64,000 nt of DNA from Halarcobacter sp. Lineage in GTDB: Bacteria; Campylobacterota; Campylobacteria; Campylobacterales; Arcobacteraceae. Numbering within the stretch: the stretch's first letter is position 1; every line of letters begins with the position of its first letter. The notes beneath the pieces were generated by a model. The model was not told the DNA's origin, did no database searches, and saw only the letters and a list, made by a program, of their open reading frames with translations. The stretch spans positions 2,496,001 through 2,560,000 of the forward strand of contig OY781089.1 in NCBI GenBank assembly GCA_963676565.1. The letters are read 5' to 3'. Shown here piece after piece: positions 1-10,291 of the stretch. The position numbers and the translations under genes are program-made.

Positions 1-510
1 TCAAAAGATGCTATGGAAAAAAATGTTGATTTAAATAAATCCTCTTTTTACCCAAATATCTACTCTCACTTGGAATATGGGTTTAATGACAATACACTAA
101 ATTTTGATTCTTCAAAAGACTATTATATGGGTTTATTGGGAGTTAAATATACTATTTTTGACACAACTAGAAATGTAGATTTACAAAAAAGTAAAATAGA
201 ACTAAATAAAACAAAACTAAATCTAAATCAACTACAAGATGCAATTAAATTAGAATTAGAAAAAGCTTTTTTAAATCTAAAGGCAAAGGAAAAAATATAT
301 CTAGAAAAAATAGAAGCAAAAGAGCTATCTTATGAAGTTTTAGAGCAATCTAAACTTATGTATAAAAATCAATTAATATCAATGACTGAACTTTTAAAAC
401 AAGAGGCATCATATAGAGAGAATGAAGCAGAATTGATAATGGCTAGCTATGAAAAATCTATTGCTCAAGCAAGATTAAAACTTGCCCTTGGAAAAAGTTT
501 AAGAGATTAA
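1..510 (+). CDS. TolC-family outer membrane efflux protein (C-terminal part; 5' end lies outside the window)
   Basis: Frame is open from base 1. OEP-like helical pattern (YKNQLISMTELL...ARLKLALG). Lies directly upstream of the adaptor and RND permease genes. Confidence 0.85.
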   Translation, partial: SKDAMEKNVDLNKSSFYPNIYSHLEYGFNDNTLNFDSSKDYYMGLLGVKYTIFDTTRNVDLQKSKIELNKTKLNLNQLQDAIKLELEKAFLNLKAKEKIYLEKIEAKELSYEVLEQSKLMYKNQLISMTELLKQEASYRENEAELIMASYEKSIAQARLKLALGKSLRD

Positions 511-523
511 AGGATTATAAGTA

Positions 524-1297
524 ATGAATAAAAAGTTAATAACTCTAATAATATTTTTAGCAAGTGTAATGAACTTAAATGCACTTGAATTAAGTGGGAC
601 GGTGATTTCGGATAATGAAAAAATTATCACAAGTAGATATATGGGATTTATTAAAAAAGTATATGTAAGTGAAGGTGACTTTGTTAAAAAGGGGCAGCTT
701 TTATATAAAATAGATTCATCAAATATTGATAGTTTAAAACGGGAAGCTCAATTAAATCTTCAAATCCAAGAAAACAATTTTAACAATGTAAAAACAAACT
801 ATGAAAGATATAAAAGATTATATGAAAAAGATTTAGTTCCAAAATATGATGTTGAACAACTAGAACTAAAACTAAAAAATATAAAAAATATGATAGCAAT
901 AGCAAAGGCAAAACTAAAAGAGGTAAAATCTCAATATAACTACTTAAAAATAGTAGCGCCAAATGATGGACTAATTATTAAAAAAAGTATCAAAAGTGGT
1001 GAGATGGCTATGCCTTCAAGTCCTGCTATTATTCTTTCTGATTTAAATTCACTTAAAATTAAAACTGATATTAGTGAAAGTAATTTAAAAAAAATAAAAA
1101 TTGGAAAAGAAGTAGAGGTTCAAATTGAATCATTAAATTTAAATACAAAAGGAAAGGTTGCCTCAATAATTCCAAATGTACAAAACATGACTCACTCTTT
1201 TACAATAAAAATCTCTTTTGATTCAAAAGGAATGAATATCTATCCAGGTATGTATTCAAAAATATTCATTAAAGTGGATGAGAATGGAAAACAATAA
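524..1297 (+). CDS. RND efflux periplasmic adaptor (membrane fusion protein)
   Basis: Signal peptide, lipoyl half-motifs (GFIKKVYVSEGDFVKKGQLL; IVAPNDG), coiled coil, C-terminal PGMY motif. Confidence 0.92.
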   Translation: MNKKLITLIIFLASVMNLNALELSGTVISDNEKIITSRYMGFIKKVYVSEGDFVKKGQLLYKIDSSNIDSLKREAQLNLQIQENNFNNVKTNYERYKRLYEKDLVPKYDVEQLELKLKNIKNMIAIAKAKLKEVKSQYNYLKIVAPNDGLIIKKSIKSGEMAMPSSPAIILSDLNSLKIKTDISESNLKKIKIGKEVEVQIESLNLNTKGKVASIIPNVQNMTHSFTIKISFDSKGMNIYPGMYSKIFIKVDENGKQ

Positions 1298-2816
1298 TTT
1301 AAATATTGCAGGAAGACTTGCACAAGTTTTTATTGACCACCCTTTAACTTTTATATTAGGGGTATTTACTTTAATTTTAGGAATATTATCTTTAGAGTTT
1401 ATGCCAAGGGAAGAAAACCCACAAATAAAAGTAAGTGGGGGTGCTGTAATTGTCGCCCTACCAGGAGCAAAACCAAGTGAAATAAAAAAAGTAATAATTG
1501 AGCCTTTAGAAAAGAAAATAAAAGAGATTAAAGGTGTTGAACATATCTATTCTTATGCAAAAGATTCTGTTGGTATAGTTCAAGTACAATACTACATTGG
1601 AGAAGATAAAGAGGAATCAAATCTAAAACTTTATGATCAAATAATGAGAAATATAGATATGCTTCCCAAAGGAGCTATGCAACCTATTGTTAAAACTATG
1701 GATATAGATACAGATATACCCATTGCTACAATAGCTTTTTATCCAAATGAAAAAAAGATTTCTCAAACTGAACTTTTTAATGAAATAAATAAAATAGCCT
1801 TTGAGATAAATAAAATTGATCAAGTTGCCCTTGTGGACTTAAAGGGAGAAAGAAAAGATCAATACAATATTGAAGTAGATTCTAGCAAGTTATCAGCATA
1901 TAATTTATCCCTTGGACAAATTGCAAAACAAATTAAAGCCTTGTCCCTAACTACACCAAATATGGTATCTGATAACTTACAAGATTCACTAACTGTTTTA
2001 AGTATAAAAAATGCTATTGAAACAAAAGAGGACTTAGAAAATATAATCATTTCATACAATTTTGATACGCCAATTTATTTAAAAGAAGTTGCAAAAATCA
2101 CTAGAAGTTTTGATATACAAAATAAAAAAGAAGCTCTTATTTATACAAAGGAGCATAAAGAAGGTTTAAATCAAGTGACCTTAACAGTATCAAAACTAAA
2201 AGGTGCAAACTCTGTTACTATAAATGAAAAGATTTTTGAATACATTAATTCAATAAAAACTGATTTAGAAAAGAAAAATATAAAAATGGTAATTACAAGA
2301 GATGATGGGTATACAGCAAATAATGCTGTTAATTCTTTAGTTCAAAATTTACTTATCTCTATTTTGATTATTGCCATACTACTTATATTTTCTTTAGGGT
2401 TTAAAGAAGCAATGATTGTATCACTTCTTGTTCCATCAATTTTGTCAATCACCCTTTTTGTAGGTTTTATGATTGATGAAACTATAAATAGAATCACTTT
2501 ATTTGCATTAATTGTAAGTCTTGGGATGCTTGTTGATGCAGCAATTATTGTAATTGAAAATATAGTTAGACATAAAAAAGAAGATGGTGGTAAAACTGAT
2601 ATTAAAACTATTTCAATTGAAGCTACAAATGAAATTGGAAATGCCACAAATATTGCGACAATAGCTATTATTATGACATTTATTCCTATGTATTTTGTAG
2701 GGGGAATGATGGGGCAATTTATGCACCCTCTTCCAGTATTTGTTCCTATTGCTCTAATAGTTTCACTAATTGTAGCTTATATTTTTACACCATATTTTGT
2801 AAAAAAATTTTTATAA
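1278..2816 (+). CDS. RND permease, N-terminal half (TM1-TM6 and first periplasmic loop)
   Basis: PREENPQI, LPGA, and TM4 GMLVDAAIIVIENI. The start may be the ATG at 1284. Confidence 0.88.
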   Translation: MRMENNNLNIAGRLAQVFIDHPLTFILGVFTLILGILSLEFMPREENPQIKVSGGAVIVALPGAKPSEIKKVIIEPLEKKIKEIKGVEHIYSYAKDSVGIVQVQYYIGEDKEESNLKLYDQIMRNIDMLPKGAMQPIVKTMDIDTDIPIATIAFYPNEKKISQTELFNEINKIAFEINKIDQVALVDLKGERKDQYNIEVDSSKLSAYNLSLGQIAKQIKALSLTTPNMVSDNLQDSLTVLSIKNAIETKEDLENIIISYNFDTPIYLKEVAKITRSFDIQNKKEALIYTKEHKEGLNQVTLTVSKLKGANSVTINEKIFEYINSIKTDLEKKNIKMVITRDDGYTANNAVNSLVQNLLISILIIAILLIFSLGFKEAMIVSLLVPSILSITLFVGFMIDETINRITLFALIVSLGMLVDAAIIVIENIVRHKKEDGGKTDIKTISIEATNEIGNATNIATIAIIMTFIPMYFVGGMMGQFMHPLPVFVPIALIVSLIVAYIFTPYFVKKFL

Positions 2817-2827
2817 GGAGATAATAG

Positions 2828-4486
2828 ATGAAATTAGAAAAATTTATTTATAATATTATTGAATCTCCTTCTAAATCAATGTTAGTTTATCTAATAACTT
2901 TAGGACTTTTTGCCCTTTCAATTGCAACATTTCCAACTGAGATTATAAAAGCAAAAATGCTTCCAAGTAAAGATTCTGATACCTTTTCTGTTTATGTTGA
3001 TTTAAAAGATGGAAGTTCAACAAAACAAACTAAAGAGGTAACTTCTTGTATCTCACAAAAACTTATATCAAAGGATATGGTGACAGATGTTTCTGTGTTT
3101 ATTGGTGAGGGGCAACCCCTTGATTTTGCAGCACTAGTTAAACAAAGTGCTTTAAAAGATAAAGAGTCTCAAGCTGAGATTATGGTAAATATCAAAAAAG
3201 CCCATAATAGAGATATACAAAGTTATAATTTTGTTAGTGAAGTTCGAGATGAATTACAAGATTGCTCAAAATATGATGCTAATATCAAACTAATAGAACT
3301 ACCTGCTGGACCACCTGTATTAGCATCAATAGTTGCAGAAATCTATGGTGGAAACTCTTTTGAAAGTAGAAGAGAATTTTCAAAAAAAATTGCAAAAATC
3401 TTAGAGGAACAAAAAACTTTAGTTGATGTTGATATCATGGCTGATGATGAGTATTCTAAATTTGAAATTGAATTGGATAATAACAAGATCATTAAAACAG
3501 GTATCTCTTTAGAACAAATTAAAAATGTACTTTTTATAGCTTATGAGGGAGTAACTTTATCAGTTGTTAATGAAAGTGATACAGAATCACAAGTTCCAAT
3601 TTTCTTAAGACTTGATAACTCAAGAGTTTTTAAATCTAATAGTGTTAACGATATATTAAATAAATTATCTACCCTTAAACTTATGAGTAAAAATGGTTTT
3701 TCTGTACCCCTTAGTGAGCTAATAAGTGTAAAAAAAGTGATTAAAGAACCAACTTTAACTTCAAAAAATTTAACACCTATGATAAATGTCATTGCTGAAA
3801 CAAATAAAGATAGTCAAATATACCCTCTATTAGACGCTAGAAATGCTTTTTTAAATGATTTTGATACAAACTATGAAGTAAGCAAATCTAATCTTTTAAA
3901 CCTAGAATTTAAAGATAAGAATACTGGTGAAAAATTTGAACTTGTATGGGATGGGGAGCTTAAAGTTACTATTGATACATTTATTGATTTAGGGGGAGCC
4001 TTTATTATTGCTTTAGTTTTAATATTTTTCCTAATGGTTATGTATTATAAATCTTTTGCAATCTCTGGTGGAATAGTATTAGCTTCATTTATCTCAATTA
4101 TTGGAGTTATCTTTGCACATATAATTATGGATTTAATTACAACTGATACATTCTATTTAACGGCAACTTCACTAATAGGATTTATTGGACTTATTGGTAT
4201 TAATTCAAGAAACTCTACATTAATTATAGATTTTTCTAAACAATTAGTTGAAGATAAGGGATTAACAATAAATCAAGCAATTGCAAGGGCAACTGCCACA
4301 AGATCAAAACCAATTATTCTTACAGTTTTAACTATGGTATTTGCTTCATCTTTACTTGCAACAGATGCAGTATTTGGAGGATTAGGAGTTGCACTTATTG
4401 GAGGAACATTAATCTCATATGTTGTCTCAATGTTTTTTGTTCCTGTAATTATTAGAAATCAGATGAAAAAAGTTATAAAAAACTAA
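2828..4486 (+). CDS. RND permease, C-terminal half (TM7-TM12 and second periplasmic loop)
   Basis: GPPV, WDGE, GLIGINSRNSTLIIDF and RSKPIILT motifs. Has its own Shine-Dalgarno (SD) sequence, AAGGAG, at about 2815-2820. Confidence 0.88.
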   Translation: MKLEKFIYNIIESPSKSMLVYLITLGLFALSIATFPTEIIKAKMLPSKDSDTFSVYVDLKDGSSTKQTKEVTSCISQKLISKDMVTDVSVFIGEGQPLDFAALVKQSALKDKESQAEIMVNIKKAHNRDIQSYNFVSEVRDELQDCSKYDANIKLIELPAGPPVLASIVAEIYGGNSFESRREFSKKIAKILEEQKTLVDVDIMADDEYSKFEIELDNNKIIKTGISLEQIKNVLFIAYEGVTLSVVNESDTESQVPIFLRLDNSRVFKSNSVNDILNKLSTLKLMSKNGFSVPLSELISVKKVIKEPTLTSKNLTPMINVIAETNKDSQIYPLLDARNAFLNDFDTNYEVSKSNLLNLEFKDKNTGEKFELVWDGELKVTIDTFIDLGGAFIIALVLIFFLMVMYYKSFAISGGIVLASFISIIGVIFAHIIMDLITTDTFYLTATSLIGFIGLIGINSRNSTLIIDFSKQLVEDKGLTINQAIARATATRSKPIILTVLTMVFASSLLATDAVFGGLGVALIGGTLISYVVSMFFVPVIIRNQMKKVIKN

Positions 4487-5712
4487 TCAGCGATATGGAT
4501 TATAAACTCTAATCCATCGCCGATATTTTTAGCACTAATCTCTCCTCCAATTTTTTCCACAATACTTTTTACTAGGTAAAGACCTATTCCTGTTCCTTCA
4601 TCTTTAGTAGTATAATGTTTATCAAATAACCTTCCTAAGGTATAATCACTTACTCCACCTGCATTATCTTTGAAAACAATACTAAAACCTCTTAAATCTT
4701 TTTTTGTATAGATATCTATGTTTCTAACTCTATTTTTATTTTGGACAAAGGCATCTATTGAGTTGTTTATTAAATTTATAAACACATGGGTAAATTCATT
4801 TTGATGTACATGTACACAAAAATTAGAATCTATATCAATATTTAAAATTACATTGTTTTTTACTAAAACATCTTTTAGAAGCATTTTTACATAAGTAATT
4901 AGTTTTAAAAGTTTTACACACTGAAGTTCACCTTTTGGTTTTAAAAAATCTCTAAATTCTCTAAGTGTTGTAATCAAATGGTCAATATTATCAATTTGTT
5001 CTTGGGCATAATTTTCGATAAGCTTTTTATCAAATTTTTCTTTTTTACACTCTTTTTTTATAAATTCTGTTTTAAGTTTTATACCATTTAATGGCGATAT
5101 CCATTGATGAATAATTATCTCAATTAATTCACCCATGGAAGCTAATCTTGATTGTTCTTTTAACATTTCAAGTTGAGTAGAACTTTTTTTCATCTCCTTA
5201 TCAACTAAATGTTGAAGGTTCTCCTTCCTTTCATATTGTTCTTGGATATCTATCAATATAAAAAAATAGAACTCTTTGTTTACTGGATGCTTTATTGCTT
5301 TAATTTGAAATTTTCTTATTGAATTATCATAACACTTAAAATCAACTTCCAAATCATTTATCAAATAATCATTATATGTCATCCAATTAAGAAATTTTCC
5401 TACGATATCCTTTTGAATCAAAGAAGTAATTTTTGTCTTCTCATTAATTTTTTTAAAATATTTTTCCACATAATTATTAGATTGTTCTATATTAAATTTG
5501 CTATCTACTATAAAACATGGCATTGGAGCATTAAAGAAAAGGCTTGTAAATTCTTCTTGATTTTCAGATATATTATCGGTTAGTTTTTCATTTTTATATG
5601 TTTTAATCTCTTGAATAATACTACGAATATCTTTCTCACTTATAGAATTACTCAAACTCTTGTTATTTTTGTTCAATCTTAAAAAGATTTCATGGCTTAA
5701 ATTATCTTGCAT
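4483..5712 (-). CDS. Cytoplasmic PAS-domain sensor histidine kinase
   Basis: PAS-like region (LFFNAPMPCFIVD), H-box IIHQW, N-box NLINNSIDA, DNAGG and GTGIGL. No TM segment evident. Confidence 0.9.
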   Translation of the reverse strand: MQDNLSHEIFLRLNKNNKSLSNSISEKDIRSIIQEIKTYKNEKLTDNISENQEEFTSLFFNAPMPCFIVDSKFNIEQSNNYVEKYFKKINEKTKITSLIQKDIVGKFLNWMTYNDYLINDLEVDFKCYDNSIRKFQIKAIKHPVNKEFYFFILIDIQEQYERKENLQHLVDKEMKKSSTQLEMLKEQSRLASMGELIEIIIHQWISPLNGIKLKTEFIKKECKKEKFDKKLIENYAQEQIDNIDHLITTLREFRDFLKPKGELQCVKLLKLITYVKMLLKDVLVKNNVILNIDIDSNFCVHVHQNEFTHVFINLINNSIDAFVQNKNRVRNIDIYTKKDLRGFSIVFKDNAGGVSDYTLGRLFDKHYTTKDEGTGIGLYLVKSIVEKIGGEISAKNIGDGLEFIIHIAD

Positions 5713-5900
5713 AATTAAATTTTATAAATTATCAAGTTAGCTTCAATGTATAGTTAATTTATAATAATTTATATTCTCCCATCTATATATTATAAATAAC
5801 ATATTATCATATATATTTGATATTTTTTATTAATTTTTAGCTATATATTAAAAAAATATTAAAATTTTTAACTATTTAGTATAATTAAGACTATTGAATT

Positions 5901-8741
5901 TTAAGTATTTTTAAAAAGTTGTATTGTAAAAACAGCTCCTTCTTCTCCATTTTTAACTGTTAAAGAACCTCCACAGTGATCATTTATAATAATTTTACTC
6001 ATATACAATCCAAGTCCCGTCCCCTCTTTTTCACTTTTTGTTGAAAAATATGGATCGAAAACTTTTTCTATTATCTCTTCGTCAATTCCATTTCCATTAT
6101 CACTTATCTCAATATAAACATTTTGCTCATCACTATATGTTTTAATTTTTATTTTTGAATCTAAAACTAAATTTTCAACCAATACATCTTCAGCATTTTT
6201 TATTATGTTTAATATAACTTGATTTATCTCAGTTGCATGAACCATAACCTCTTCATTTGAGTTTAATTCTATTTCTAATTTAATGTTATTTGAATCTAAT
6301 GAACCTTTTATAATCGAAACCGAATTATTTATAATATTCTCAAGGCTAATAAGGATTTTTTCTTTATCTGTTTTAAAAAAGTTTCTAAAATCATCAATCG
6401 TAGTTGATAAGTGAATAGAGTAATCACTTATTAAAGACAATTCCTTCTCTAAATCTTTTTTAGGAAGATTTTCATCCAACATCAATCTTATTAAAATGTT
6501 ATTTGTAGTTGCAGAAATTGCAGTTAAAGGTTGTCTCCATTGATGGGCAATCATTGATAACATTTCACCCATTTGGGCCAACCTACTTTGTTGTATTAGC
6601 TGTTTAGTTTTTTCTTCATTTTTTGCAATCTCTTTTTGAACTTTTTCCTCAAGTTTTATTGTTAAAGAGTTTAATTCATCTTCAATATCTTTTCTTTTTT
6701 GAATATCTCTCCATACATTATGAATTAGTTTTTTATTTTGAAAATCAATGGCTGTAATCACAACATCAAGCCATATTAAAGTACCATCTTTTTTCTTATG
6801 TAGCATCTCAAAAGTACAAGAACCCTCTTCTATAGTTTTTTGTAAATATTTATCTATTAATTCTAAAGAGTGTGTTCCATCAGGTTGAAAAGTTGGTAAA
6901 ATATTTTTTCTATTGGTATTTATAAATTCTTCTTCATTTTCAAAACCTAATAATTCATATGATTTAGAATTACATTTTACTATCTTAGGTTCTCCATCTA
7001 TTGTTGCTAAAAAAACACCATCAGATGATTCATTAAAAGTTTTTTCAAAAAGAATTTTTTGGGAACGAAGTTCTAGTGTTTTTTCTTCAAGTTCTTTTGA
7101 TTTTGATTCAATGTTTTTATTTGCCTCTTGAAGTTTTTTATTATGTGTATTTAATACTATTTGTCTATATATCATAATTATAAGAATAATTATGATTACA
7201 ATAGCAACTTGCCAAAACTTTGTATAATCAACAAAATTCTCATATTTTACAGACATCCACTTATTTTTTAACTCTTGTATCTTTGCAATTGAAATAGAGT
7301 TAATAGCTTTATTGATAATTGAAACTAATAAATAATAGTCATCTCTAATCATAACTCTAAAATCAAGATTAAATTCTGTGGTACCTGATATTTTTATATC
7401 ATTAAAACCATATTTTCTAATATAGTGGGATAACTCAGGAAGTATACCAATTGTTGCAAAAACTTCATTGTTTGATAATGCTTTTAAAGCATCAAATTTA
7501 TTTTTATAACTTTTAAACTTTATTTTAGGGTATTTATCAATTAAGATTTTATATATTCCTGTACCTTTTACTATAGCAACAGTTTTACCATCTAAAATAG
7601 CTGTATTAGTAATATATCTTTTATCAAGTTTAGTTGCAATTGCAAGGGGATAAGACATATAAGGAATTGAAAATAGACTATATGAAAGTTTATCTTCTGT
7701 AATAACTGCAGCAATTGCTAAATCTGCCTCTTTATTTTTTATCTTCTCTTCAATTTTTTCAAAACTATCAACAACCTCACAAGAAGAGTCAATAAAAGCT
7801 CTTTCTTTTATTATATTCCAAAAATCAACAGAGATTCCAGTGGGCTTATCTTTTATGAAAATAAAGGGATGCCAATTTGTAGAGATACATTTAATCTTTT
7901 TCTCAACTAAAAATAATCGTTCTTTTATATCTAATTCATCAATTATATTGACTTTTTCTTTCTCTAAACCATAGGTATCAATCCATTTCTGTCTTAAATT
8001 TATCCACTCAATTTTAGAAATAGAATCAAAGGATTTTTGTATAATAGAATTAAGGATTTTATTCTCTTTTGTTATTCCAAACCTTAAATCAGTTTTGTTT
8101 AGGTTTGGTAGATTTAATTCATCCAATACTCTCATATTTGTATATTGTTTATTTTTAATTGCATTTTGAGTACTTAAAAGGTGTCCAAAGATAATATCAA
8201 CTTCACCAAAAGCTAGAGCATCTAATTTTTTCTCAAAACTGTCATATTCAACTATTTCAAATAAATTTAGATCTTCAATTTGTTTTTTATAAAAAATATT
8301 TTTTGTCATACCTAATCTCATATTTTTTAATGAGTTTAGATTCTTATAGTCTGTCAAATCTTTTCTTGAAAAAATCATCAAAGGGATTTCATAATAAGGT
8401 TTGGTGTAGTTTGTAAAGCTTAATCTACTTTCTCTGTAAGAGATTGCATCTATTATATCAATTTGTTTTTCTTTGAATCTTTCTAAATTAATTGGCCACT
8501 TATTAACTTCATATTCAAAGTTTAAAGAACTCTTTTCTGATATCAGTTGTAAAATATCATAAGAGAATCCTTCTAATTTTCCATTTTTGAAAATAGAAAA
8601 AGGTGGAAAGTCTGGTAACAATGCCACCTTTACTTTATTGTTTTTTATATACTCTTTTTCTTCTTGAGTAAAATTTAGTTCTGCAAATAGTGTAAGGTTA
8701 AATATTGATAGTAAAAGTAAAAGTTTTAACAATCTACTCAT
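5901..8741 (-). CDS. Sensor histidine kinase with two periplasmic solute-binding (family 3/VFT) domains and PAS (BvgS/EvgS-like input)
   Basis: Signal peptide, two SBP3-like repeats (DFPPFS; NWHPF), a TM segment, PAS, IAHQWRQPL, DNGNG and GTGLGL. Confidence 0.92.
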   Translation of the reverse strand: MSRLLKLLLLLSIFNLTLFAELNFTQEEKEYIKNNKVKVALLPDFPPFSIFKNGKLEGFSYDILQLISEKSSLNFEYEVNKWPINLERFKEKQIDIIDAISYRESRLSFTNYTKPYYEIPLMIFSRKDLTDYKNLNSLKNMRLGMTKNIFYKKQIEDLNLFEIVEYDSFEKKLDALAFGEVDIIFGHLLSTQNAIKNKQYTNMRVLDELNLPNLNKTDLRFGITKENKILNSIIQKSFDSISKIEWINLRQKWIDTYGLEKEKVNIIDELDIKERLFLVEKKIKCISTNWHPFIFIKDKPTGISVDFWNIIKERAFIDSSCEVVDSFEKIEEKIKNKEADLAIAAVITEDKLSYSLFSIPYMSYPLAIATKLDKRYITNTAILDGKTVAIVKGTGIYKILIDKYPKIKFKSYKNKFDALKALSNNEVFATIGILPELSHYIRKYGFNDIKISGTTEFNLDFRVMIRDDYYLLVSIINKAINSISIAKIQELKNKWMSVKYENFVDYTKFWQVAIVIIIILIIMIYRQIVLNTHNKKLQEANKNIESKSKELEEKTLELRSQKILFEKTFNESSDGVFLATIDGEPKIVKCNSKSYELLGFENEEEFINTNRKNILPTFQPDGTHSLELIDKYLQKTIEEGSCTFEMLHKKKDGTLIWLDVVITAIDFQNKKLIHNVWRDIQKRKDIEDELNSLTIKLEEKVQKEIAKNEEKTKQLIQQSRLAQMGEMLSMIAHQWRQPLTAISATTNNILIRLMLDENLPKKDLEKELSLISDYSIHLSTTIDDFRNFFKTDKEKILISLENIINNSVSIIKGSLDSNNIKLEIELNSNEEVMVHATEINQVILNIIKNAEDVLVENLVLDSKIKIKTYSDEQNVYIEISDNGNGIDEEIIEKVFDPYFSTKSEKEGTGLGLYMSKIIINDHCGGSLTVKNGEEGAVFTIQLFKNT

Positions 8742-9199
8742 AAATCATAAACCATTGCAATTTCATCACAAACAGGAAAGTGTTTACATCTAATACAATC
8801 AGCCCATATCTTATGTTCTGGTATCTTCTCTTTCTCTATTTCATAAAATCCCAATGATTCAAAAAAACCTTTTTGATAGGTTAAAGAAAGTATTTGTTGT
8901 AAACCTAAAGATTTTCCTTCTTCTATACAAGCTTCAACCAATTTCTTACCTAATTTTAAACCTCTAAAGTTTTTAGAGACAACTAAACTTCTAACTTCTG
9001 AAAGTCTTGCTGAATGTATATGTAAAGCAGTAAATCCTGCCATTACACCATCAACTTCTACAACGGTATATGATCTAATTGTATTAGCCATTTCATCTTC
9101 TGTTCTTAGAAGAATAATCCCATTTTCAACCTCTTCTTTAACTAAAGATTGCATTGTAGTAATATGGCTAACATCTGGTTTATAAAATTTAATTTCCAA
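8738..9199 (-). CDS. GNAT N-acetyltransferase, short ArgA/N-acetylglutamate synthase-like
   Basis: EVRSLVV, FRGLKLG, LSLTY..FF and the C-terminal KIWADCIRC..FPVCDE. Confidence 0.8.
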   Translation of the reverse strand: MEIKFYKPDVSHITTMQSLVKEEVENGIILLRTEDEMANTIRSYTVVEVDGVMAGFTALHIHSARLSEVRSLVVSKNFRGLKLGKKLVEACIEEGKSLGLQQILSLTYQKGFFESLGFYEIEKEKIPEHKIWADCIRCKHFPVCDEIAMVYDL

Positions 9200-9791
9200 A
9201 AAGATATCCTGTAATTCTATCTTGAAGTTGTTGTAAACCTCGTTTTTTTAAATTTGAAATAAAAATACCCTCAGGGTATTCTCTTTTTAATTTTTGTAAA
9301 TCATTTTGTTTCAATTTATCAATTTTTGTAAAAGCATTTATGATAATTTGATCACCTCTTTTTATTGTCTTTAAAAACTCATCAACATTTTTGTCAATTG
9401 CTAAATCTGGATGTCTAGAATCAATCAAATGAACAAAGATCTGTAAACATGGCCTTTGTTCTAAATATCCCGTCAAGTTTTTATTCCAATCCCTTTTTAA
9501 ACTTTTTGAAACCTTTGCATATCCAAAACCTGGTAAATCAACAAATCTAGAATAAACATAAGGTAGTTCTTCACTTTCGGTTTTAAACTTAATATCAAAA
9601 TAGTTTATTAACTGTGTTTTCCCTGGAGTAGAAGATGATTTGGCTAAACCTTTTCTATTTGTAAGGGTATTTAACAAAGAAGATTTACCAACATTACTTC
9701 TTCCTAAAAAAGCAACTTCTGCTTTATCTGGACTTGGAGAGTCCATAATACTTTGGGCGGAAGTTAAAAATTGTGCATCAACGATTTTCAT
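9189..9791 (-). CDS. yihA: Ribosome biogenesis GTPase YihA/YsxC (EngB)
   Basis: GRSNVGKSS, PGKT, DLPGFG and TKID motifs. Confidence 0.96.
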   Translation of the reverse strand: MKIVDAQFLTSAQSIMDSPSPDKAEVAFLGRSNVGKSSLLNTLTNRKGLAKSSSTPGKTQLINYFDIKFKTESEELPYVYSRFVDLPGFGYAKVSKSLKRDWNKNLTGYLEQRPCLQIFVHLIDSRHPDLAIDKNVDEFLKTIKRGDQIIINAFTKIDKLKQNDLQKLKREYPEGIFISNLKKRGLQQLQDRITGYLFGN

Positions 9792-10288
9792 TATTTCTTC
9801 TCTTCTTTATTTTTATTATTGTTATTAACATTGATGATAAATCTTACTGGGTTATTTTGAGTTCCCTTAACTTTTGCATTACCTGTTAATTGATTAATAA
9901 AAATTGTTTCCCCAAAAAGTTCCCTTTGTTCACTCTCTTCTTTTACATAACCATTACCAATGATTGTATATTCTTGTTTTTTTGGAGAATAAATAACTCT
10001 ATTTCCTTTCCCTTTATAAATCTTTCCATTACTATAAATTTCAAAATCTGCATTTCCTGAAGCTACATATTTAAATGGTGTATTTGACTTACCCTTTTTA
10101 TTAGCTTCCATAAAAATCTCTAATTTATAGGCATTAAGTTTATCTTTGCCCATTTTTAATTTTACATTTCCTGTAAAAATAGTTATTCCTTTTGAATCAT
10201 CAGATTCAAAACTATCTGCATCAATAATCAATTTATCATTTGCAAAAATCAAAGTTGTAAAAAACAACAATGTTATAAAAAATTTCAT
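9791..10288 (-). CDS. lptA: Lipopolysaccharide transport periplasmic protein LptA
   Basis: Signal peptide, OstA-like beta-jellyroll pattern (FTGNV), adjacent to lptC and kdsC. Confidence 0.85.
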   Translation of the reverse strand: MKFFITLLFFTTLIFANDKLIIDADSFESDDSKGITIFTGNVKLKMGKDKLNAYKLEIFMEANKKGKSNTPFKYVASGNADFEIYSNGKIYKGKGNRVIYSPKKQEYTIIGNGYVKEESEQRELFGETIFINQLTGNAKVKGTQNNPVRFIINVNNNNKNKEEKK

Positions 10289-10291
10289 TTA

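Noticed and set aside
2810..2830. RND permease as a frameshifted pseudogene
   Set aside because: There is a clean stop, a dedicated SD and ATG, and the break falls at the symmetry junction.
5730..5900. Small RNA or antisense promoter between the two kinases (TATAAT at about 5880 on +; GGGAG on -)
   Set aside because: Extremely AT-rich, with no supporting ORF, structure or terminator.
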